A stretch of 64,000 bases of DNA, taken from Polyangiales bacterium (GTDB lineage Bacteria; Myxococcota_A; Polyangia; Polyangiales; Polyangiaceae). Shown here one piece after another: positions 1 to 8,651 of the stretch (its first letter is position 1; the number at the start of each line of letters is the position of its first letter). The notes beneath the pieces are model-generated. The model was not told the origin of the DNA. It saw only the letters and a program-made list of their open reading frames with translations, and ran no database searches. The DNA lies in contig JBBRLQ010000010.1 of the NCBI GenBank assembly GCA_038231275.1, positions 1 through 64,000 of the forward strand, read 5' to 3'. A program made the position numbers and the translations under genes.

Positions 1-1
1 A

Positions 2-532
2 ATCGCCGGACCGTCGCCGAGCCTCCCGATCGCGCTCGCCCGGGATCCCAGCCCCACCGACGCTCATCGCTTCGCGGCCGTCTTCGCGACGTTGGCGTCG
101 TCGCCGGAGTTCCAGCGGCGCGCGCTCGGCAACGTGGCGCGCGTCGCCGCGGCGCAGGCGCGCACGATGACCCGCTCGTTTTTGTTCTCCGCGCGTCTCG
201 CCGCGGCGCGTGTCCTCCTCGACGCGAGCGCCGATCGGTTCGAAGAGCTCGCCGTCGACGTGCTGGGCGCGCCCATGCCGCGCGGCGACGTGCTGGGCCT
301 CGCGTGGCCGCGCTTTCGCGACGACGAGCCGTCGCGGATCCTCGCGCTCTTCACGTCGTTGCCGGTCACAGAGGAGCTCGTCCAGCGCTTCGACGACGAC
401 TGGTTCCGCAATCCGCGCGCGATGGTCTTCCTCCGCGCGCGGGCCAGCGCGCCGGCGTGGGACGACGCGACCGAGCTCGACGCAAGCGCCGTCGATCGCC
501 TCGCCAAGGCCTTCGAGGGATCCGTCGCGTGA
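2..532 (+). CDS. Hypothetical protein, 3' part (frame open from the window edge)
   Basis: Frame 2 is open from base 2 to TGA at 530-532 with GC-rich third positions; the stop overlaps the next GTG start. Confidence 0.65.
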   Translation: MAGPSPSLPIALARDPSPTDAHRFAAVFATLASSPEFQRRALGNVARVAAAQARTMTRSFLFSARLAAARVLLDASADRFEELAVDVLGAPMPRGDVLGLAWPRFRDDEPSRILALFTSLPVTEELVQRFDDDWFRNPRAMVFLRARASAPAWDDATELDASAVDRLAKAFEGSVA

Positions 533-1320
533 ACGGACCGCGCGCGCGAACGGCGCCGGCGGCGCTCGCCGTGGCGCTCGTGCTCTCCTCGTTTGCGCGC
601 GCCGTCGCGGCACCGCCGCTCGACCCGCTACCGTCGCTGCCGAGCGTCGCGCGGGTACGCGTCGAGGTCGCGTCCGATCGCGTGCTGGTGCTCGAGGACA
701 TCGCGCTCCCGCGCGGCGAGTGGCGGGCAGGCGATCTCGATCTCTACGTCGCGTTCGGCGCGCCCGGCGCTCCTCGCGCCTTCGACGCGCGGCTCCTCGC
801 GGTCCCCGACGGTGCGCTCGAGCCTGCCGACGGCGACGCCGGCGAGCCGCTGCCCTTCGATCGTGTGCCGCGCCGCCCCTCGACGGCGCACCCTCTCCTC
901 GGGCGCCCGCAGATGGCCGGCGCGGTCCTGCACGTGCGCGACGCCGCGTTCCGAAAGGCCGTCGCGCCCGGCAAGATGGCCATCCTCCGCGTCCGCACGC
1001 TCCTCGACGCTCCCCCGGAGGACGCGGAGCACGCCCGCGAGATCGTCGTGCGGCTCGGCGCGTCGAACGGTCAGCCGCTCACGCTGGGCCGCGTGCAGGT
1101 CGTCGCGTCGACGGCGAGCCCCAAGCTCAAGATCGCGCGCGCGGAGGCCCACCTGTGCGGGCCCGACGCCGATCCCTATCCCCTCGCCGTCACGCCGAGG
1201 CCGCCGTCGCCGCAAGGTCCGCAATCCGCGCCAAGCTCCGACGCGCGCGGGCCGATCGCGCCGGTCCTCGCCGTGCGCCACGCCACCGACGATCTCTGCG
1301 TTCGCTTCGCGGTTCAGTAG
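529..1320 (+). CDS. Secreted hypothetical protein
   Basis: GTGA overlap with the upstream gene; N-terminal signal peptide (ALAVALVLSSFARAVAA). Confidence 0.65.
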   Translation: MNGPRARTAPAALAVALVLSSFARAVAAPPLDPLPSLPSVARVRVEVASDRVLVLEDIALPRGEWRAGDLDLYVAFGAPGAPRAFDARLLAVPDGALEPADGDAGEPLPFDRVPRRPSTAHPLLGRPQMAGAVLHVRDAAFRKAVAPGKMAILRVRTLLDAPPEDAEHAREIVVRLGASNGQPLTLGRVQVVASTASPKLKIARAEAHLCGPDADPYPLAVTPRPPSPQGPQSAPSSDARGPIAPVLAVRHATDDLCVRFAVQ

Positions 1321-2378
1321 CCGATCTGATCGCCGTCGTCGGCGGGGCTGCTCGCGCCTGCTTCGTAGAAGTATCGGATCGACGCGCCAATGAGCGTGGC
1401 CGGGTTGTCGCCGACGACGTCGCGCCTCGCGCTTATCTCGAAGCTCCACTTGCGATCGATGTACCCGAGGCCTGCGCTCACCGCGTGGGTGCGCATGCCG
1501 TCGTCGTAGCGGTACCCGAGCCGAATCGGAAAATGCCCCGCGACGAAATACTCGCCGCCGACCATGAGGCGCCCGCGCACGCGCGTCCACGTCGTGAAGT
1601 CGGCGAGCCCGTCGGCCTCGATGGAGATCGCATCGTTCGTGTAGCCGATGCCTCCCTTCAGCAGCGTCGGCGCGAGGCCGGTGCCGGGGTTCGTGAGGTT
1701 CTTGCCGACGACGCCGACGCGCAGCCCGTTCGCCGGCGTCACCGACGCGCCGACGTCGAACGTGAAGTTGTTGAACACCGGCGCGCCGCCGGTTCCATCC
1801 GACGCGAAGCTCGGCCCCAGCGGACCTTCGCCGAGCGACTGCGCGGAGCGCAGGTAACGACCGGTGATGCCCGCCGAGATTCGATCGCCGAGCGGATATG
1901 CGAGCGTGAGGCGCAGATCGGTCCACGTCCGATGGATCCCGTTCGGGTCCATGATGTTCCACGTGCCGGCGAACCCGCCCGCGAGGCGGCTAGTGTTGGA
2001 GTCGACGACCGCGCCGCCATAGCTCTGTCGCCGCGACTCGGGCGAAATCGCAGCAATCCCCTCGAAGTGATAGACGTGCGCGAGCGGCAGGTTCGCCGGG
2101 TTCTCGTAGATTGCCACGGTCGACACGCCGAGCGCCGACTGCGCGCCGCCGAACGCGATGGTTCGCGGATTCTGCATTTCGCCGAGGTCGTACCCTTGCT
2201 CGGGCGACGTCGTCGATCGATCCGCGCGAGCGTCGCGGCTCGCCAGGAGCCCCCAAGCGACCGTCGCCGCAGACACCCACCGACGGATCTTCGACGCCGG
2301 CGGCAGCGGTCGGGCGAGGCACCTGAAACAGGCTCGTGAAGGTTGCACTGGGGCGGAACCTACCAAGCCCCCCCGCAT
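1314..2378 (-). CDS. Outer-membrane beta-barrel protein (FadL/PorV-like N-terminus); start uncertain
   Basis: PRTIAFGGA and AIYENPANL motifs; alternating beta-strand pattern (PIRLGYRYD, SAGLGY); signal-like N-terminus. Confidence 0.65.
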   Translation of the reverse strand: MRGGLVGSAPVQPSRACFRCLARPLPPASKIRRWVSAATVAWGLLASRDARADRSTTSPEQGYDLGEMQNPRTIAFGGAQSALGVSTVAIYENPANLPLAHVYHFEGIAAISPESRRQSYGGAVVDSNTSRLAGGFAGTWNIMDPNGIHRTWTDLRLTLAYPLGDRISAGITGRYLRSAQSLGEGPLGPSFASDGTGGAPVFNNFTFDVGASVTPANGLRVGVVGKNLTNPGTGLAPTLLKGGIGYTNDAISIEADGLADFTTWTRVRGRLMVGGEYFVAGHFPIRLGYRYDDGMRTHAVSAGLGYIDRKWSFEISARRDVVGDNPATLIGASIRYFYEAGASSPADDGDQIGY

Positions 2379-2386
2379 GTGGATAA
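2378..2386 (-). promoter_or_regulatory. Perfect DnaA box (TTATCCACA on the - strand)
   Basis: TGTGGATAA on + at 2378-2386, in the long intergenic region upstream of dnaA. Confidence 0.65.
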
Positions 2387-3038
2387 TTTTCGGCTCCTCG
2401 GCGCCAACCGCAGCCGTTGCCGCGCGTCAAGAGTCAACATTTCGACCCGTCGTGGTGGCTCGCCACGCGGTGCCGACCCCTCGACGAGAATCCGAAACAC
2501 CCCGGAAATCATCGGGCAACGTCGACTCTTGACAGGCGGATCGGCAGGAAAAAAAGGCAGTCCGTCCTACGTCAGAATGGAGCGTGCGGCGATTACGATG
2601 TGGCGTCGCACACTTGTCACGAGTTCGCCCCGCCGCCGAGGCGCAAAAGACATTTCGCGGGTGGTGTACAACCAATAATCGCAAATATTTTCATGCACTT
2701 GTGCATCTTTTAAACAATCGGCGTGACGCGGAGAACGGGGCGGTGATAGCTCCATCTCGTCTGCGTCACAGCTGGCCTTTTCGTCCAGCCGTCGACCCGG
2801 ACCATCACCGCGTTCGACTGCATCACCGTCCCCCTCCCGCCGGCTCGAGTCTTTCGGGTTCGGGTTCGGCCTCGGGGAGGATCGCGGCGCGGCTCGTCTT
2901 GTTTCGGTCTACTTGGGGTGCTTTGGCTGGCTCGCTGACGGGCTGGTCGTCGTTGGGCTTTGGAGAGACAGGGTAGCGGCGGGTCCGCGAAACGTAGATC
3001 CGTGGGGGGATCGGGCCGTAAGAGCTCCATCCTCGTTC

Positions 3039-3059
3039 CTCTCCACAGCCTGTGGAAAA
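3039..3059. promoter_or_regulatory. Oppositely oriented pair of DnaA boxes upstream of dnaA
   Basis: CTCTCCACA-GCC-TGTGGAAAA. The second box reads TTTTCCACA on - and fits TTWTNCACA; about 100 bp before the dnaA start. Confidence 0.65.
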
Positions 3060-3150
3060 CCTGTGCGGGTCCCTGGGGGAACCGCTCGGAGCTATTGGCT
3101 TTTTCTCTTCGGTTGGTCGGACACATCTTTCACGGGTTCAGAGGCGAACG

Positions 3151-4632
3151 GTGCAATCGGGCATGCAAGCTCCGCGGGAGCTGTGGAACGCGGCGGTCGG
3201 GTACACGCGAGAGAAGTCTCCCGCGACGTTCGACCAATGGTTCTGTGGGGTCCAGTTCGACAGCTTCACCGAGGGGGTGCTCAGCCTCCGCGCTCGGGAC
3301 GAGTTCGTCCGGGAGTGGGTGGACGAGCATTTCGTGCCGACGCTCGCGGATTTCATCGCGAGCCAAAGCGGCTTCAGCGTTCAGGTCGCCTGGACGATCG
3401 ACGTCGGGATGGAGGCGCCGGTCGTCGAGCGCCCCGTCACGCCGTCGGTGCGCATGCGCGCGCTGACCGTGGGGACCGAGGATGCTCCGCCTCCGTCGGT
3501 TCCGCCGCCTGCGTCGCGTCGTGAGGGCCATAGCGGCGCCGCTCCTTCGGTTCCGGCGCCTCCGGCCCCGCCGCCGGCACGCATGCAGGCCGTGGGTCCG
3601 CCGATCGAGGGGCTGAACGGGAAGTACACGTTCAGCAACTTCGTCATCGGCCCGTCGAACCAGCTCGCCCACGCGGCGTCGGTGGCGGCGGCCGGTGGCG
3701 GCGGTCCTCGCCACAACCCGCTCTTTTTGTGCGGCGGCACCGGGCTCGGCAAGACCCACCTCGTCCACGCGGTCGCGCACCGCGTGCGCTCCGAGCGCCC
3801 CGCGGCGCGCATCGTCTACATCTCGGCCGAGCGCTTCGTGAACGAGTTCGTCCAGGCGCTCCAAGATCAGCGCATGAACGATTTCCGCGCGCGCTTCCGC
3901 GAGCGGTGCGACCTCTTGCTCGTCGACGACATCCAGTTCCTCGCCAACAAGACCCAGACGCAGGAGGAGTTCTTCCACGCGTTCAACGCGCTCCACCAAG
4001 CCGACAAGCAGATCATCGTCACGAGCGACAAGTACCCGCAGCAGCTGGAGCGGATGGAGGAGCGCCTCATCTCCCGCTTCACATGGGGCCTCGTCGCCGA
4101 CATCCAGGGACCCGAGCTCGAGACGCGTGTCGCGATCCTGCGCAAGAAGGCGCAGCAAGAGGGCATCGAGATGGCCGACGACGTCGTCATCTACCTCGCC
4201 CAATCCGTTCGCAGCAACGTCCGCGAGCTCGAGGGCACGCTCATCCGCCTCGCCGCCAAGTCGAGCCTGCTCAGCCGGCCCATCGACATGGAGTTCGCGC
4301 GGCAGGAAATTTCGACCGCGTCGACGGCGCGCCTCAACGAGGCGAGCGTGGACGACATCCAGCGCATCGTCTGCCACCACTTCAAGCTCCGAACCGCGGA
4401 TCTCCTCTCGAAGGATCGCCACAAGAGCGTCGCCTTCGCGCGCCACGTCGCCATGTACCTCTGCAAGCAGCGCCTGAAGTGCAGCTTCCCGGAGCTCGGG
4501 CGCGCCTTCGGCAACCGCGATCACACGACGGTGATGAGCGCCGTCCGCAAGGTGGAGGCGCTCCGCGCGGACGACGCCGAGGTGCGCGCTCACATCGAGG
4601 CCATCGAGCGAAAGCTCGGCTCCGTCGACTAA
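3151..4632 (+). CDS. dnaA: Chromosomal replication initiator DnaA (start GTG 3151 or ATG 3163)
   Basis: YTFSNFVIGPSNQLA, NPLFLCGGTGLGKTHL (Walker A), LLVDDIQFL, TQEEFFHAFN, SNVRELEG, domain IV GRAFGNRDHTTV; Pro-rich domain II. Confidence 0.97.
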   Translation: MQSGMQAPRELWNAAVGYTREKSPATFDQWFCGVQFDSFTEGVLSLRARDEFVREWVDEHFVPTLADFIASQSGFSVQVAWTIDVGMEAPVVERPVTPSVRMRALTVGTEDAPPPSVPPPASRREGHSGAAPSVPAPPAPPPARMQAVGPPIEGLNGKYTFSNFVIGPSNQLAHAASVAAAGGGGPRHNPLFLCGGTGLGKTHLVHAVAHRVRSERPAARIVYISAERFVNEFVQALQDQRMNDFRARFRERCDLLLVDDIQFLANKTQTQEEFFHAFNALHQADKQIIVTSDKYPQQLERMEERLISRFTWGLVADIQGPELETRVAILRKKAQQEGIEMADDVVIYLAQSVRSNVRELEGTLIRLAAKSSLLSRPIDMEFARQEISTASTARLNEASVDDIQRIVCHHFKLRTADLLSKDRHKSVAFARHVAMYLCKQRLKCSFPELGRAFGNRDHTTVMSAVRKVEALRADDAEVRAHIEAIERKLGSVD

Positions 4633-4636
4633 CCGC

Positions 4637-5065
4637 TCAGCGCGTCATCAGCGCCATGCCCGCGAGCGCCAGCACGATCCCCGCCGCCCGTAGCGGCGAG
4701 AAGGGCTGCCGAAACGCGACCGTCGCGATCGGCAACAGCAGCACCGCGGCGGCCGCGTTCACCGCCACGCCCGACCACTGCAAGATCGCGCCGCCAGTGC
4801 GGTACGCGAGCAGAAATCCGATCTCGATGAGCAGCACCCCAGCGCCGAGCACGAGGACCTGCCACGAGAGCACCTGCGCGGTCCACGGCATGGGCGTCGC
4901 CGCGCCGAAGAAGGGCGACGCGACGAGCGCAAGCACGAACGCCACCGCGTACACCCCCATGAGCACGACCATCGGGTTCGAGCCCGGCGGCATCGCCTTC
5001 TGCGCGACGTGGTAGACGACGTTCCCGACCGCGGCGATACCCAGGAAGAAGAGCAGCTGGTTCAC
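4637..5065 (-). CDS. EamA/DMT-family small membrane transporter
   Basis: About 142 aa with 5 hydrophobic segments; YHVAQK, EIGFLLAYRTG and a terminal GIVLALAGMAL. Confidence 0.75.
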   Translation of the reverse strand: MNQLLFFLGIAAVGNVVYHVAQKAMPPGSNPMVVLMGVYAVAFVLALVASPFFGAATPMPWTAQVLSWQVLVLGAGVLLIEIGFLLAYRTGGAILQWSGVAVNAAAAVLLLPIATVAFRQPFSPLRAAGIVLALAGMALMTR

Positions 5066-5085
5066 GGGACCGCGCCCTGCCACGC

Positions 5086-5355
5086 TCAGTGCCGGGGGCA
5101 CTGGATGTGTGCGGTCTCGCACGAGTCCTGCGAGGCGAAGACGCGCTGGCAGTCCTCGCCAGTGCACACGCACTCGCGGCCGTAGATGCAGGAGATGCCG
5201 TTCCACAGGTAGCCGGCGCGACCGCCGCAGTTTTGGCCGGAGAAGCCGCCGGCCGAGTACGCCTTGCACGATCCCTGGCCCGGGCATCCCAACGTCCCGA
5301 AGGTGAGCACCGCGAGCGCCGTCGCCACAACCGCGCACGTGATGAGCCGTTTCAA
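5086..5355 (-). CDS. Small Cys-rich lipoprotein, Kunitz/BPTI-like
   Basis: TTG start overlaps the cysS stop; lipobox TLGC; 8 further Cys with YLWNGISC and FASQDSC. Confidence 0.6.
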   Translation of the reverse strand: MKRLITCAVVATALAVLTFGTLGCPGQGSCKAYSAGGFSGQNCGGRAGYLWNGISCIYGRECVCTGEDCQRVFASQDSCETAHIQCPRH

Positions 5356-6872
5356 ATCGTCACCCTCCAGCTCGAACCGTCTTGGCCGTCGAGCAGCTCC
5401 ACGCCCATCGCCGACAGCTCCGCGCGCAGCTCGTCGGCGCGCTTCCAGTCCTTCGTTTCGCGCGCGTCGGTGCGCGCCTTCACCTTGGCGTCGATCGCGG
5501 AGGCGTCGAGGCCCTTGATCTTCAGGCGCTTGGCCTTCGTCCGTGCGAAGTACTGCTCGCGCGTCGCCTGCATGAGGCCGAGCACGTTGACGCAGCCGTC
5601 GAGCGAGTTCACCGCGGCCGCCGCGAGCTTCTTCGCTTCGTCTTGCGCCGGCTTCTGGGTCTTCAGCTTGCCGATCTGGACGACGATCTCGTTGGCGGCC
5701 TTCGCGAGCTCGGCGAGGACGGCCAACGCCTGAGGCGTGTTGAGATCCTTGTCGAGCGCCGCCAGCACCTTCGCCGGCGCCTCGTCGACGATCTTCGCCT
5801 GCCCCTGCAGCACGTTGCCGACCTTCGCCTCGGCGCCCGCCGCCGCGGCCACCAGCGCGTCGCGTGTATTGTACAAATAATCGATCCGGCGCTCCGCCTC
5901 GTCGACGACTGGGAAGACGACGCGGCCGCTCTCGAGCTTGTCGACCTCGAAGGCGAGCGGGCCGCGGTAGTGCGTGCCCAGCAGGTAGTAGCGGAACGCC
6001 TCTGGATCGTTGCGCGAGGTGATGTCGCGGATCGTCACGAAGTTGCCGAGCGATTTGCTCATCTTCTCGGAGTCGACGCTGAGGAAGCCGTTGTGGAGCC
6101 AGTACTTCGCGAACTCGGGGCCCCAGACGCTCTCGCTCTGCGCGACCTCGTTCTCGTGGTGCGGGAAGATGAGATCCATGCCGCCGCAATGGATGTCGAA
6201 ATGCTCGCCGAGATATTTCTTCGCCATCGCAGAGCACTCGATGTGCCACCCCGGGCGACCCTTGCCCCACGGGCTCGGCCAGCCCCACTCGTCCTCCGCA
6301 CAGCCCTTCCAGAGGGCAAAATCCAGGGGATCGCGCTTCAGCTCGTTGGTGTCGACGCGCGCGCCGGCGAGGAGATCGTCGATGTTGCGGCGCGAGAGCT
6401 TGCCGTAGGGCGGGAAGCTCCGCACCTCGAAGTAGACGTCGTGCCCCTTCGGTGTCTTGACGGCGTAGGCGTGGCCCTTCGCGATGATCGACTCGATGAG
6501 CTCGACGATCTCGGGGATGTGCGTCGAGACCCTGGGCTCGTGGAGCGGCTTGCCGCAGCCGATCGATCGCAGATCGGCGGCCGCGCCGTCCCACATACGC
6601 GCGGAGAGGGCCAAGGGATCCTCGCCGTTCTCCTTCGCACGGTTCAGGATCTTGTCGTCGACGTCGGTGACGTTGCGCGTGTAGTTGACCTTGTAGCCGC
6701 GAGCGGCAAGGTGGCGCGCGAGCACGTCGAAGATCACGTACACGCGCCCGTGGCCGGCGTGCGAGAGGTCGTACGGCGTGACGCCGCAGACGTACATGGT
6801 GGCGACACCCGGCGTGCGGGGCTCGAACGCTTCGACCTTTTGTGTGAGGGTGTTGTAGAGGCGAAGGCTCAT
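5352..6872 (-). CDS. cysS: Cysteine--tRNA ligase
   Basis: LYNTLT, YVCGVTPY, HAGH (HIGH), DFALWK, GRPGWHIECSAM, DLIFPHHENE, KMSKSLGN. Confidence 0.98.
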   Translation of the reverse strand: MSLRLYNTLTQKVEAFEPRTPGVATMYVCGVTPYDLSHAGHGRVYVIFDVLARHLAARGYKVNYTRNVTDVDDKILNRAKENGEDPLALSARMWDGAAADLRSIGCGKPLHEPRVSTHIPEIVELIESIIAKGHAYAVKTPKGHDVYFEVRSFPPYGKLSRRNIDDLLAGARVDTNELKRDPLDFALWKGCAEDEWGWPSPWGKGRPGWHIECSAMAKKYLGEHFDIHCGGMDLIFPHHENEVAQSESVWGPEFAKYWLHNGFLSVDSEKMSKSLGNFVTIRDITSRNDPEAFRYYLLGTHYRGPLAFEVDKLESGRVVFPVVDEAERRIDYLYNTRDALVAAAAGAEAKVGNVLQGQAKIVDEAPAKVLAALDKDLNTPQALAVLAELAKAANEIVVQIGKLKTQKPAQDEAKKLAAAAVNSLDGCVNVLGLMQATREQYFARTKAKRLKIKGLDASAIDAKVKARTDARETKDWKRADELRAELSAMGVELLDGQDGSSWRVTI

Positions 6873-6934
6873 CGTTGGGAGAACCTTACCGCAAGCCGCC
6901 GCCAGACGTCCGGACGAACATGCTATTTAGGGCC

Positions 6935-7483
6935 ATGCTCCGTGAGGTGCTCGCTGCTGCCATCGCGCTCGCGTCCGCGCTTGCGATGGCGCCGGTGAGC
7001 GGCTGCGGGGGAGCGCGGTCGTCGTTCGACGGCGCGGTGTACCGGAGCGGCGCGATCGCGTTTCGCGTGCCGCAGGTCCCTGCGGAGTGGCGGCGCGTCG
7101 AGGTGACCGACGGCGCGCTCGCGTTTCGCGACGAAGCGCACGACGGCTCGGTGCTCGTGAACGCCCGCTGCGGCGAGAAGGACGGAGACGCGCCGCTCGT
7201 CGCGCTCACCAACCAGCTCGTCATGGGGACCACCGAGCGCGTGCCCATCGTCGAGGAGACGTTGCCGTTCGACGGACGCGAGGCGCGCCACACCCGCATG
7301 TCCGCCAAGCTGGACGGCGTCGCGCGCGAGCTCGACATCTTCGTCCTCAAGAAGGACGGTTGCGTCTACGACTTCGTGTACGTCGCCGCGCCGGAGCACG
7401 CCGCGGCCGGCGCGCCTGCGTTCGAGGGGTTCGTCCGAGGATTTCACACGGTCCCGGCCGGCGCGGCGTCGGGGGATCCGTGA
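6935..7483 (+). CDS. Lipoprotein, hypothetical, upstream of MlaE
   Basis: Signal peptide with lipobox VSGC; KKDGCVYDF; stop overlaps the mlaE-like GTG. Confidence 0.7.
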   Translation: MLREVLAAAIALASALAMAPVSGCGGARSSFDGAVYRSGAIAFRVPQVPAEWRRVEVTDGALAFRDEAHDGSVLVNARCGEKDGDAPLVALTNQLVMGTTERVPIVEETLPFDGREARHTRMSAKLDGVARELDIFVLKKDGCVYDFVYVAAPEHAAAGAPAFEGFVRGFHTVPAGAASGDP

Positions 7484-8328
7484 GCGCCAGCACGATCCCG
7501 CCGGCGCCGGAGAGCCGACGCTCGCTCGCGCCGCCCGTCGTGGAGGAGTCCTTCCTCGATCACAACATCGTGCGCGTTCGACACTTCGTCGAGCACTTGG
7601 GCAAGGTCGCGCTCCTCTCGTCGCGCACGTTCGGCAGCATCCTGAAGCGCCCGCTGGAGCTGCAGTCGACGTTGCACCAGCTCTGGATGCTAGGCGTCAA
7701 ATCGATGGGGATCGTCACCGTCACGAGCGTCTTCATCGGGATGGTCATGACCATCCAGTTCGCGTTCGGCCTCCGCCGGTTTGGAGGCCTCGAATACATC
7801 CCGCGCGTCGTCGTGCTGTCGTTCGCGCGCGAGTTGGCGCCGACGCTCACCGCCGTCATCGTGGGAGGGCGCATCGGAAGCGGCATGGCGGCGGAGGTCG
7901 GCGCGATGAACGTGACCGAGCAGGTCGACGCCATCCGCGCGCTCGGCGCCGATCCCGCGAAGAAGCTCGTCGTCCCGCGCGTCGTCGCCGCGATGATCGT
8001 GATGCCGATCCTCGGCACCTACGCGCTCGCGCTCGGCACGCTCGGGGCGGTCTTCATCTGCTACGTCCAGTTCGACATCGCCCCCTTCCTCTTCTACCGC
8101 TCGGCGCTCGACGCGATGCAGCTCGCCGACTTCTTCGCGGGCCTCGCGAAGACGCCGGTCTTCGGGTTCATCATCGCGATCACCGGCTGCCACTTCGGCC
8201 TCGAGACGCGCGGCGGGACCGAGGGCGTCGGGACGTCGACGACGCGCACGGTGGTCGTCGTGTCGATCGCGATCCTCATCGCCGACTTCATGATGACGAA
8301 GCTCTTCATCGCCTTCGGGGGCGGGTGA
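7480..8328 (+). CDS. mlaE: MlaE-family lipid ABC transporter permease
   Basis: RELAPTLTAVIVGGRIGSGMAAEVGAMNVTEQVDAIRALGADP, LVVPRV, GGTEGVG. Confidence 0.9.
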   Translation: MSASTIPPAPESRRSLAPPVVEESFLDHNIVRVRHFVEHLGKVALLSSRTFGSILKRPLELQSTLHQLWMLGVKSMGIVTVTSVFIGMVMTIQFAFGLRRFGGLEYIPRVVVLSFARELAPTLTAVIVGGRIGSGMAAEVGAMNVTEQVDAIRALGADPAKKLVVPRVVAAMIVMPILGTYALALGTLGAVFICYVQFDIAPFLFYRSALDAMQLADFFAGLAKTPVFGFIIAITGCHFGLETRGGTEGVGTSTTRTVVVVSIAILIADFMMTKLFIAFGGG

Positions 8329-8651
8329 AGTCGCTCGCGCGCGCGTCGTTGCCGGCGGTGGCGATGCTGCTCTCGCTCCCCGTCGCCATCGTCGGGATCG
8401 CGGCGCACGCGTCGCACGCGCGGGCACGTCGGGCGGCGGAGCAGCCCGCGATCGAAGAGCTCGCGCCGCGGTTGCCGACGAGTGATCTCGCGCTCTCGGG
8501 CGGCGCGCGGTGGCTTCGCGCGCCTTCGCTGGAAGAGCCAGGCGCCGCGTTCGCGGACGGCCCTGCGCTGCCCGATCCCGATCCGGCCGGCGGAGCGATG
8601 GCGCCGCCGCGCGAGGTATGGGCGCGCGAGACGACGAGGGCCACGAAGTGA
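8325..8651 (+). CDS. Small exported or membrane hypothetical protein
   Basis: GTGA overlaps at both ends; hydrophobic N-terminus. Confidence 0.55.
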   Translation: MKSLARASLPAVAMLLSLPVAIVGIAAHASHARARRAAEQPAIEELAPRLPTSDLALSGGARWLRAPSLEEPGAAFADGPALPDPDPAGGAMAPPREVWARETTRATK

